Source: Candidatus Harpocratesius repetitus (lineage in GTDB: Archaea; Asgardarchaeota; Lokiarchaeia; Sigyniarchaeales; Promethearchaeaceae). Taken from it: DNA of 32,000 nt. Shown piece after piece: positions 18,120 through 27,174 of the stretch; position 1 is the stretch's first letter; every line of letters begins with the position of its first letter. The notes under the pieces are model-generated. The model did no database searches. It was not told the DNA's origin and saw only the letters and a list, made by a program, of their open reading frames with translations. The position numbers and the translations under genes were made by a program. Location: NCBI GenBank assembly GCA_021498095.1, contig JAIZWK010000001.1, positions 1,050,001 through 1,082,000 of the forward strand. Reading direction: 5' to 3'.

Positions 18120-19090
18120 GATCAATACCACTTACAGAAATACCCAAAGATAATTTTGTTTCCCGGATGAAACGGGGTGAATTTATCTATGAAGGTGAAA
18201 TTGAATACTCCACATCATTAGATCCACAAATATATCTCAAACAAGCCATCTTTTTAAAATCTCATACTTCGGCTCTTTCTATTCCTGATAATCCTGGAAG
18301 TAATATTTTTTTATCAAATATTGCACTTGCACAAATTATTCGCCCCGTTTATAACAAAGATATAATCCTCAATATATCATGTAGAGATTATAATCGAATT
18401 GGACTTTCTTCTAGATTAATTACTGCCTATACTTTGGGATTTCGAAATCTCTTACTTATTACAGGAGATCACCCCTCTTTAGGCACGGTACCTGAAAGTA
18501 AGCCTGTTTTTGATTTGGATTCGACCCAATTACTCCAACTATGTCGTGAATTTAACCACACACATTCTTTTTTTGGAACCTCTTTTGATATAAACCATGA
18601 AAAATCTCTAAACAATCCAATTAACCAGTTAAATTTTATTTTAGGAACTGTGGTTAATGTTCACGCTTCAATACCTGAAATTGAGATGGCGCGCTTTCAA
18701 CGTAAAGCAGAGTTGGGAGTGGATTTTATCCAGACTCAAGTTATTTTTAATTCCGAAGCAGTTGTTCTAATGCTTAAAAATCTTCAAAAATATGATATTC
18801 CAATAATTACTGGTATCGTTCCTTTAGATAATTATGCATTAGCTAAAAAGATTGCTCGATTTTTACCAGGTTTGGAATTTCCGAAAGAAATTTTAAATGA
18901 ATATAAGAAGATTTCGCAAAATTGTCAAAACAGCGCAGAACGGAGTAAAAAATTTGATACATTTAACATAGATTATTATTCTCCAATTATTCGTGAATTA
19001 AGGCGTAAAGGATTGATACATGGGCTTTATTTTGCTACCATATCTTATCCAAGAATTATTCCTCAAATTATTCAAAAAATAGATGGATAA
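18116..19090 (+). CDS. metF: Methylenetetrahydrofolate reductase (MetF), divergent
   Basis: CRDYNRIGL, LLITGDHP, PVFDLDS and GVDFIQTQ. Proposed start is CTG at 18116, 7 nt after GGAGG; the ATG at 18167 is the fallback. Confidence 0.88.
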   Translation: MRSIPLTEIPKDNFVSRMKRGEFIYEGEIEYSTSLDPQIYLKQAIFLKSHTSALSIPDNPGSNIFLSNIALAQIIRPVYNKDIILNISCRDYNRIGLSSRLITAYTLGFRNLLLITGDHPSLGTVPESKPVFDLDSTQLLQLCREFNHTHSFFGTSFDINHEKSLNNPINQLNFILGTVVNVHASIPEIEMARFQRKAELGVDFIQTQVIFNSEAVVLMLKNLQKYDIPIITGIVPLDNYALAKKIARFLPGLEFPKEILNEYKKISQNCQNSAERSKKFDTFNIDYYSPIIRELRRKGLIHGLYFATISYPRIIPQIIQKIDG

Positions 19091-19128
19091 TCGCAATTAA
19101 AAAAAAAATGATATTTGAGTAATTAACT

Positions 19129-20340
19129 TTAATTTTTAAATTGAATGAAATTCTTTTGTTGCAGGTATTGACATGCTTGAATTATATCTCCTAATGGAAG
19201 ATCCAGTAATTCTGCTAAATTTCGCAGGGTTTTGCGCCCATCGATAGCAACCATTAGTACTTTAATCCATGAGTTTTGCAGTTGATTACGAAAAACACCT
19301 GCAGTTATGTGATTCTTAACTGGAATTAATTCATGGATCGGTTTGTGATAAAATCTTTGTGGAAATTGCTGCATTCTCAATATGCTGTCTTGATATACTT
19401 GATTTGTTCCATTTCGATGAACATTTTGGGGAAATTCAATTTGATGATGTGTTTTTATGAAAGGGTTCGCTGGATAATAATTTGAACCAAATTGTGAAGA
19501 TTGATGCATAATTGGAGAATTATTGTCTGGGATGAATCGATTAGGTGAAAATTTTTGTAATTCACGGAGATTTGAGTAGTTATTTGTTGGCATATTTGCT
19601 TGTTTTGAAAAACCAATGGTATTTGCATTGTTAATTTTACCTAAATTATTAGTTGCATATTGTAAAGTTTGATACTGGGAAAATCGCCTACTTATTCCAT
19701 GTGTTGGTTGTTTATATGATGTTCCTGTTTCATTTGATTTTTCTAAAGAAGGATTTAAGAATCTAGATGATTTTGTTATGGCCATTGAAAAAGCATCTGC
19801 AGGCACAGTTGTTCTGATTTCAGGCATTTTATAAATTAAAGATTTTGATTCGTTTGAATTTGCTGAATTTTTTGCATCATTTTCTAAAATTGGAAGGTTT
19901 CCTTGAATTTTCTCTACAATATCTAAGAAAACCTTCTCAAAACGATGATAAGGTTTAATATCTCCATTCCAGTCTTTTTTAAGATTTTTTCCGAACATAT
20001 GAATAAATGTTGATGAAGCTTCCCCCATAATTATTTTACGGGTAATTTTATCAGGATTTCCTTCAGTAGTCAAAATAAAGAGTAGTTCATTTTTTTGTCC
20101 ATCTAAATTTTTTCGTTGAAATGTAAATAGTAAATCCGTCATTTGAACTTCATCAATTTGGCCTAAATTTCCAACAGAATCTGCAAAACTATTAATTGCC
20201 TGGAAAAATCCGCTGATTAAGGTAAATTCATTGTTATTTTCAGCAAGTCGGTATTTGGGATCCAAAGAAATATTTAAGATAGGTAATCCATTTCGAAGGA
20301 CAAAGAAATTGCATATCATAAGTTTGACCACTGGGATCAT
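19129..20340 (-). CDS. Hypothetical protein: N-terminal longin-like domain, N/Q/S-rich disordered linker, C-terminal winged helix
   Basis: FFVLRNGLPIL...LISGFFQAINSFA...WNGDIKPYHRF is longin-like. IDGRKTLRNLAELLDLPLGDIIQACQYLQQKNFIQF is a wHTH. Confidence 0.7.
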   Translation of the reverse strand: MIPVVKLMICNFFVLRNGLPILNISLDPKYRLAENNNEFTLISGFFQAINSFADSVGNLGQIDEVQMTDLLFTFQRKNLDGQKNELLFILTTEGNPDKITRKIIMGEASSTFIHMFGKNLKKDWNGDIKPYHRFEKVFLDIVEKIQGNLPILENDAKNSANSNESKSLIYKMPEIRTTVPADAFSMAITKSSRFLNPSLEKSNETGTSYKQPTHGISRRFSQYQTLQYATNNLGKINNANTIGFSKQANMPTNNYSNLRELQKFSPNRFIPDNNSPIMHQSSQFGSNYYPANPFIKTHHQIEFPQNVHRNGTNQVYQDSILRMQQFPQRFYHKPIHELIPVKNHITAGVFRNQLQNSWIKVLMVAIDGRKTLRNLAELLDLPLGDIIQACQYLQQKNFIQFKN

Positions 20341-20472
20341 TTATAGTCAAAATAATATTCAAATCCGTTATTATTACGATCTTATGTGGATATATCTATG
20401 AGAAAATGATATAAAAGAATACTATATGAACCAGATTTTATTAATGATGAATTCTTATTTTAATCGAACCGT

Positions 20473-21507
20473 ATGGAAGAAGAAAAATTCACAACTCCCC
20501 AGCACCGCTGGGATCCTTTGCTGAAAGAATGGATAATTTACGCACCTCGACGGAATGTACGCCCGTTTCAAGGAAAACAATTTGATACAAAACCAAAAAA
20601 AACATGGGATTGTCCATTTTGTCCTAATGCTCCAGAAGGTGCTGGAAATTGGGTTGTAAAGCAGTTACCAAATCGTTTTGCTGCACTAGATGAGCATGCT
20701 TTACCGTTTGAAGAACAAACAATTGGTTCTGTTCATAAACAAGCATCAAATTATGGAAAGTGTGAAGTTATTCTATATTCACAAGATCATAATGCTTCTT
20801 TTGGAACACTTTCTCATGATAATATTGTAGCATTAGTCGAATTATGGCAAGAAAGATATCGTGAATTGAGCAAACTTCCCGAAATGAAGTTTCCATTTAT
20901 TATGGAAAATCGGGGGAAGGAAATTGGAAATTCAATGACTCATCCCCACGGTCAAATTTATTCTTTTCCCTATTTTCCTCCAAAAGTAAAAAAAAAATGG
21001 GAATCCTTTATAGAATATCATAATGATTCGAAAAAATGCTTGTTATGCGATATTGTTGCTGAAGAAATGCGTGATCCTAAACGAATCATTGAACAGAATG
21101 TTGATTTCATCGCTGAGGTACCATTTTACGCACATTGGGCCTTTGAAGTTCATATTATTGCCAAAACTCATATACCATCAATTATTGAAATGAATCCTTC
21201 TCAAGTTGAAAATTTAGCTCGGATTATGAAATCTATTGTCAATCGATATGATGCATTAATAGGAAATAACCGATTAATGCCGTATGTTATGGCAATGTTC
21301 AATGCTCCAGTGAATACTTCAGAACGAGATGTTTGGCATTTTCACATAGAGTTTTACACTCCTTTCCGCGGTCAAGGAAAATGGAAATTTTTGGCTGGAG
21401 TAGAATTAGGAACTTATAACTTTATTAACGATGCACTTCCAGAAAAAAACGCTCTAATTTTACGAAATGTGAAAATATCCTCAATACAAAAAGAAGCAAA
21501 TGATTAA
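20473..21507 (+). CDS. galT: Galactose-1-phosphate uridylyltransferase
   Basis: RWDPLLKEWII, RxxRP, CPFCP and the catalytic motif GNSMTHPHGQ; WHFHIEF. Confidence 0.95.
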   Translation: MEEEKFTTPQHRWDPLLKEWIIYAPRRNVRPFQGKQFDTKPKKTWDCPFCPNAPEGAGNWVVKQLPNRFAALDEHALPFEEQTIGSVHKQASNYGKCEVILYSQDHNASFGTLSHDNIVALVELWQERYRELSKLPEMKFPFIMENRGKEIGNSMTHPHGQIYSFPYFPPKVKKKWESFIEYHNDSKKCLLCDIVAEEMRDPKRIIEQNVDFIAEVPFYAHWAFEVHIIAKTHIPSIIEMNPSQVENLARIMKSIVNRYDALIGNNRLMPYVMAMFNAPVNTSERDVWHFHIEFYTPFRGQGKWKFLAGVELGTYNFINDALPEKNALILRNVKISSIQKEAND

Positions 21508-21567
21508 TCGTATTACTTATATTTCTATATCGCAAAGATTTTTTAAGTTTTAAACTAAGAAGTGAAT

Positions 21568-22386
21568 ATGAGTTTTTGTGCAAAATGTTGTCAAAATTGT
21601 TTAACTTCATGCTGTTTAGTTATTATGGCTGGTGTCAGCTTCACTTTTTTTGATCTAACTAATGCTATATCAGGAAGTCTCTTTGTAAATGTAGGGAGTG
21701 CAATTAGTGGCATTTTCACATTGGCTACAGGAAATGAATCTGTAGGGACTTTGGGAACCATTCTTCTCGGAGGATTAATGAGTATTGTTAGTGTTCTTAT
21801 TTTTCCAATCCATTGGTTGCTTATTTATCGCCCAGATGAAGCTGGAATGGCATTGGCTTTAATGATTCCATGGGTTTTATCTATCGGCATTTCTGCATTG
21901 CTTTTTGCTAAATCTGCTAAGCAAGGTTTTATGATCGGTGTTTGGTTGGCAGTTGGATATATTGTTTGGGGCATAGTAATTTATGTTTTATTAGCAATTG
22001 TGCTAAGTGGAACAATCGGAATTAGTATTATCAATGGATTATTTGGTGGATTGACAGATTTACATCCTATACTTGCAATTATTTTAGCTTCTTTAGAAGG
22101 TGGTTTAATTGGTGGCGCCTTTGGTGCTCTTTTTGGAGCAATTAAGTATAAACCAGGAGAAGAAACAGAATATGAGATGAAACCCAGCAAGGAAAAGAAA
22201 TCAAAAAAGGGGAAGAAAAAAGATAAGAGCGGGGATATGTATATTGAATCAACTTTTGATGTTTATTCTTCCAATTCTTCAACAACTTCTTTTGATGAAA
22301 AAACCATGAAAAAATGCCCATATTGTGGTGCTAATTTAAAGAAAGATCAAGAATACTGCTTGAATTGTAATAACTACTTAAAATAA
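21568..22386 (+). CDS. Multi-pass membrane protein with Cys-rich N-terminus and C-terminal zinc ribbon
   Basis: FCAKCCQNCLTSCC at the N-terminus; several Gly-rich hydrophobic segments; Lys-rich linker; CPYCG...CLNC. Start taken at ATG 21568. Confidence 0.75.
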   Translation: MSFCAKCCQNCLTSCCLVIMAGVSFTFFDLTNAISGSLFVNVGSAISGIFTLATGNESVGTLGTILLGGLMSIVSVLIFPIHWLLIYRPDEAGMALALMIPWVLSIGISALLFAKSAKQGFMIGVWLAVGYIVWGIVIYVLLAIVLSGTIGISIINGLFGGLTDLHPILAIILASLEGGLIGGAFGALFGAIKYKPGEETEYEMKPSKEKKSKKGKKKDKSGDMYIESTFDVYSSNSSTTSFDEKTMKKCPYCGANLKKDQEYCLNCNNYLK

Positions 22387-22418
22387 GACCGGTTGATTAG
22401 TTTCTTTTATATATTTCT

Positions 22419-22470
22419 CTTTTTATTTTCTTTTATCATTTTCACTTTTTATTTTCTTTTATCATTTTCT
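22419..22470. repeat. Pyrimidine-rich 26 bp x 2 tandem repeat
   Basis: CTTTTTATTTTCTTTTATCATTTTC(A/T) at 22419 and 22445, then a partial third copy. Intergenic and possibly a terminator tract. Confidence 0.75.
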
Positions 22471-22565
22471 CTTTTATAAATTTATTAACATATAGTATAG
22501 AACTCATCTTTCTACTTTTGGATTCTCCATTCATTTATATACATTTCAATATTGATTTTATTAAC

Positions 22566-23747
22566 ATGAAAGAAGTTGTGATTGTAAGTGCGGTTCGCAC
22601 TGCAGTTGGAAGTTTTGGAGGGAGTCTAAAAAATATTTCCGCTGTGAAATTGGGTAAAATTGTTATCAAAAATGCTATGGATCGTATCTCTTTGAATCCA
22701 GAATTAGTCGATGAAGTTTTCATGGGTTGTGTATTACAAGCAGGTTATGGTCAAGGTGTAGCGCGTCAAGCTTCTATTGGAGCTGGTATACCTGTAGAAA
22801 CTCCAGCCACTACTGTCAACATGATTTGTGGTTCTGGTTTAAAATCTGTAGCTCTTGCTTATCAATCTATTGTGTCCGGCTATAATGATATCGTAATTGC
22901 CGGTGGAACAGAAAATATGTCGATGGCACCCTATGTTCTAAAAAATGCTCGATGGGGTTATAGAATGGGAAATGGCGAGCTTTATGATACAATGGTTAAA
23001 GACGGGCTATGGGATGTGTTTAACGATTATCATATGGGTATTACAGCAGAAAATATTGCCGAAAAATGGCAAATAACCCGAGAGGAACAAGATCAATTTG
23101 CACTTACCAGCCAATTAAGAGCAGCAAAAGCCCGTGATGAAGGGAAGTTTAAGGATGAAATAGTTCCTGTGGAAATACCCCAACGGAAAAAAGACCCAAT
23201 TATTTTTGATACAGATGAATTTATTCGAGACGGAACAACAATTGAGAAATTGGCTAAATTACGACCTGCTTTTAAGAAAAATGGCACTGTAACTGCTGGT
23301 AATGCATCAGGTATTAATGATGGAGCGGCTGCATTTGTTGTGATGACTCGAGAAAAAGCTGATGAATTGGGGTTAAAGCCCTTATTTAGAATTATTGCCC
23401 ATGCTACTGCTGGTGTCGATCCATCTATTATGGGTACAGGACCAATTCCTGCAACCAGAAAAGTTTTGAAAAATGCTGGATTATCTTTAGATCAAATTGA
23501 TTTAATTGAAGCAAATGAAGCTTTTGCATCTCAATCTTTATGTGTAATTAAAGAGTTGGGTTTAAACCCTGAAATTACAAATGTAAATGGTGGTGCCATC
23601 GCAATTGGTCATCCTATCGGTGCTTCAGGTGCTCGGATCTTAGTTACTTTACTTTATGAAATGATGAAACGAGAATCAAAACTTGGCTTAGCTACTCTCT
23701 GTGTTGGAGGGGGAATGGGCGAAGCGATGATTGTTGAGCGATTATAA
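22566..23747 (+). CDS. atoB: Acetyl-CoA C-acetyltransferase (thiolase II, bacterial type)
   Basis: Start [19 protein letters not shown] at ATG 22566; catalytic motifs [21 protein letters not shown] and LCVGGG. Confidence 0.95.
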   Translation: MKEVVIVSAVRTAVGSFGGSLKNISAVKLGKIVIKNAMDRISLNPELVDEVFMGCVLQAGYGQGVARQASIGAGIPVETPATTVNMICGSGLKSVALAYQSIVSGYNDIVIAGGTENMSMAPYVLKNARWGYRMGNGELYDTMVKDGLWDVFNDYHMGITAENIAEKWQITREEQDQFALTSQLRAAKARDEGKFKDEIVPVEIPQRKKDPIIFDTDEFIRDGTTIEKLAKLRPAFKKNGTVTAGNASGINDGAAAFVVMTREKADELGLKPLFRIIAHATAGVDPSIMGTGPIPATRKVLKNAGLSLDQIDLIEANEAFASQSLCVIKELGLNPEITNVNGGAIAIGHPIGASGARILVTLLYEMMKRESKLGLATLCVGGGMGEAMIVERL

Positions 23748-23853
23748 TTTCGATTTCATTATATTGAAGTATATAGAATAGCTTCATTACTTTTCTTTTT
23801 TTTCCATATATTTTAAGGTAGCTGAAGTGATTTAGATCTTGAGATGATTACGA

Positions 23854-24237
23854 GTGATAATAAAAACATATTATTGTCCTCTTTGTAAAAAGAAGCATTC
23901 GATTGAAATGCCAGAAGATTTTGCCGAGGGACGCACATCATATCCGTTTGTGCACTCGTATATTCATAAATATTCTTCAAAATCTCAAAGTCTTGATGAA
24001 GGAAAAGACATTTTAACAATGCTATATATAGATAAAAATTTGGAAATTCGACATGTTGAAGTTATGTTCCAAAATGCTGAAGGAAATATCATATCTATAG
24101 AAGATGCTCAAAAATTGATCACTTTTTTGACTCAACAATTACAAGATATGCAGGATTCATATGAAATGCTTTCAAAGAAGTATTTAGAATTAAAGCAAAA
24201 ATATGATCATCTACTTCAAAAAGATAATAAAATTTAA
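23854..24237 (+). CDS. Hypothetical protein with CxxC...HxxxH zinc-binding motif and C-terminal coiled coil
   Basis: YYCPLCKKKH and YPFVHSYIH motifs, with a heptad-like C-terminus. Confidence 0.75.
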   Translation: MIIKTYYCPLCKKKHSIEMPEDFAEGRTSYPFVHSYIHKYSSKSQSLDEGKDILTMLYIDKNLEIRHVEVMFQNAEGNIISIEDAQKLITFLTQQLQDMQDSYEMLSKKYLELKQKYDHLLQKDNKI

Positions 24238-24293
24238 GATAATCTACAAGAAATTAGATCCAATTTTAGAATTCTACTTGATTCTGATACAAA

Positions 24294-24881
24294 ATGTTCA
24301 ACAATGCGTTGTTTCCTGATGAGATGTCTATTTCTCAATGTGCTACTTGCCGTTTATGTTGTTCTGATATTCCCACTTGTATCATTGATTATCATACACT
24401 TCACTTTTTGGCATTAAAATCGAAAAATGCAAATTTTGAAAAGCTTTTGAATGAAATTGTATTATATAGGATAAAACCAGAATTTTTGAACTCTGCAGCT
24501 TATCTTTGGCAGCATTATTTTAAATACAACCTTTTAGAAATGATTACAATTCCTAATGATGTGGGAGATTTTTTAATTGCAGCAATTCCAAAAACTCGGG
24601 GAAAATGCCCCTTTTTGTCCGAAATTGGATGCATTTTGCGTGAAAATAAACCATTAAATTGTAAACTATTTCCATATATTCAGTTCCAAGGGAGAATATC
24701 AATTTCACCTGTTTGTCCATTACAAAAAAAATCGATTTCAGAAATAACTCTTAATAAATTAGATGAAATATTAGAAGAATATACTCAAACCGCAATACAT
24801 CATAGTCTGGATTATTATGAATTACTTAAAAGAATGAATAGTAAATTTAATTGGAGAATTATTAATTACAAATCGTTGTAA
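24294..24881 (+). CDS. YkgJ-family cysteine cluster (Zn/Fe-S) protein
   Basis: CATCRLCC, CPFL, C-x6-KPLNCKLFPY and a distal C. Confidence 0.82.
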   Translation: MFNNALFPDEMSISQCATCRLCCSDIPTCIIDYHTLHFLALKSKNANFEKLLNEIVLYRIKPEFLNSAAYLWQHYFKYNLLEMITIPNDVGDFLIAAIPKTRGKCPFLSEIGCILRENKPLNCKLFPYIQFQGRISISPVCPLQKKSISEITLNKLDEILEEYTQTAIHHSLDYYELLKRMNSKFNWRIINYKSL

Positions 24882-25238
24882 AAAAAATCTATGATTTTAA
24901 ATTATTTTCTCATTATAAGAGCTTTTATCAACATTTGATAGATTGATAAAAAAATAAAAATCATGCATAATTTACGCATTTACCAACATTCCATCCAAAT
25001 TTGAAATTTGTCGATCAGAAATTTAGAACTTTTTTTATCAAATTCAACTATAATATGATTAAAAATAGTCAAAAATCGACCCATAATTATATTTTTTAAA
25101 GTTCATTTTTGCCGACTGAAATAATTCTTGGATAGAATTGATTATTGTCGGAAAATGAAAGATTAAAATGGCAATTCAGTCAAAAATAAAGAAGTTGCTA
25201 GAACCTCATAATTATTCTCTAATTATAAAAAGTAGAAC

Positions 25239-25300
25239 CGTGTTGAGAGATATGAAGTTGTGAATTTCGGCGTGAGAATCGATTTTGGCTCCCAACACGG
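25239..25300. other. Extended GC-rich intergenic hairpin
   Basis: CCGTGTTGAGAG (25239-25250) versus CTCCCAACACGG (25289-25300): 11 of 12 positions complementary, and the remaining one is G.U on the minus strand. Confidence 0.5.
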
Positions 25301-25583
25301 GAAAAAAAGGTGTTTTTTCAGAATTTTTCTATTGTCGAGTCAATTATTCTTTTTTTCTTTCTTTTTCACGATATTTTTCTTTTTCACCTCTGTATTTTGA
25401 AATGTGTAATTAATTAGGAAAACTTTTGTCGTTTTCCATTCCCTTTTAACCTGATATTTTGATTTATTATTTCATGTTTCTTTTTTATTTATTCAATTCA
25501 CTTTTTAGTAATTTCACCTCCTGGTGTTTCATTTTTAGTTTTATATCGACGAACTATCATGCTGGGTTGGTTTGACGTGATAT

Positions 25584-25985
25584 CTACAGAGCAGTCCCTG
25601 TGATACCTTGCCAAATTGTTCTGTAATCAATACGGAATCGAATCACTTCATCGTTTTGATTTGAATTCGGATCCATTCGGCGGAGAATTTCACAGAGTTC
25701 TGAATATTCTGCATCTTCATAGATGTCATGGGTATCGATTGGCAATTTAAATTCTTTATCTGGAGTTTGAAATGATTTTAATGAATTTCGCTCGATTTGT
25801 AAAACAGGAATTTTATATCCATAAGTGCGAAGTTTCTGCTGAATTGAACTTTGATGTTCTTGACCGAACCCCCAAAGAGCACGATCAGTTATGAATCCAA
25901 AAGGTTCTTGAGTATTTTCTAAATAATCTTCCAATTTTATTCCCGATTTTTCTATCTGGTTTGTTTTTTCTTGATATGTGCTCAT
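25584..25985 (-). CDS. Hypothetical protein (133 aa)
   Basis: ATG preceded by GGAGG; globular-like composition; no motif recognised. Confidence 0.7.
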   Translation of the reverse strand: MSTYQEKTNQIEKSGIKLEDYLENTQEPFGFITDRALWGFGQEHQSSIQQKLRTYGYKIPVLQIERNSLKSFQTPDKEFKLPIDTHDIYEDAEYSELCEILRRMDPNSNQNDEVIRFRIDYRTIWQGITGTAL

Positions 25986-26161
25986 ATGAGATGTTCCTCC
26001 TGGTCAGTTTTTTTATTTGTTTTTTTTTTTGGTGTGGTTGCATTTTGATTGTTATGAAAAAAATTCTATCTCGATCCATAGAAAAAATTTGGAGCTGTTT
26101 GGTTTTCTAAATTCTGATCTTTAAATTGATCAAGTTTGATTACTTTTCTGCTATTTTTATC

Positions 26162-26446
26162 TCAGGTGAGATTATTTATTATTTTGTAGGGATTAAAATG
26201 CCCAGCTTGAAAAGGATATGTAGAGTGCAAAGCACCCGTGAAAATTAGTCCGCATTTTTTGGTGCAAAATGCGTAGTTTTTGTTCAGCTTAGTTTCCAAC
26301 TGATGCTTTGCCTTGTACTCTTACAAATCCATAAATACTGGAACACGTAAACACTTTATGCCAGAAATAAGAATTTCAGCATGAATTGTGTGCCAATATT
26401 TATTTGGGTGAATATTAAATTTGTAAGTTTTCAAGCTATACATCAT
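26162..26446 (-). pseudogene. Possible decayed ORF: 95 codons with one in-frame TAA (26321-26323)
   Basis: MMYSLKTYKFNIHPNKYWHTIHAEILISGIKCLRVPVFMDL*EYKAKHQLETKLNKNYAFCTKKCGLIFTGALHSTYPFQAGHFNPYKINNNLT*. No family recognised. Confidence 0.25.
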
Positions 26447-26776
26447 TGGTCCCTGTTGAACGTTTTTTTTTACACTTTTTTATTTATTTTTTTTATTTAT
26501 TCCTGCTAGTGAAGAAACATATTGTATAATTTTTCTTCCTATGATCTTATTGGAAAAATGAATATTTAAAGTTTTGGATGCAAATACAAAATATTAAGGT
26601 GCTAAAATATGATAGTTTCCACTCAACCGATTGTTCTGATTATGACGTTGGCTGTATTTAATTTTATTCAGATTTATTGTATTTTTTCTTATCTTCCTCT
26701 GTGTCAATTGTAATTACTCCCACAAGCCAACTGATACCACACTACAATGTAGATTATAATTTAGATTAAATTCATC

Positions 26777-26844
26777 CCGAATCGCTGCGAAAATTCCAAG
26801 CAATTTCGGTTTTCAGTGCATAAAAGGAGTTTTTAGCGATTCGG
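26777..26844. other. Intergenic 10-bp perfect inverted repeat enclosing an inner hairpin
   Basis: CCGAATCGCT (26777-26786) and AGCGATTCGG (26835-26844); inner CGAAAATT/AATTTCG stem. Confidence 0.5.
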
Positions 26845-27174
26845 TCCGAAAATTTAATACCAAATAAAATAATCTACAATAGGATCAAGCTTTCGCATAA
26901 TCCCTAAAGTAGTGTGCTTTTTGACGGCACAAAGGGTATTAGATTTATGATTTAACGGATTTATGAATCGCATTTTAAATACCTAATTTCTTAGATCTTA
27001 ACATTATAATAACAAATTTCCTATTTAAGATTGATGTTCTATAAATATTGGAATGTATATCCCTCTTTTTAAAAAAGATTATCACGATTTCTGGATGAAT
27101 AATTAGATTAAAATAACACTGATTAAAAAAAATTCAATTGAGAATTTTTATAATTTCTTAATTTCTTTATTGAA

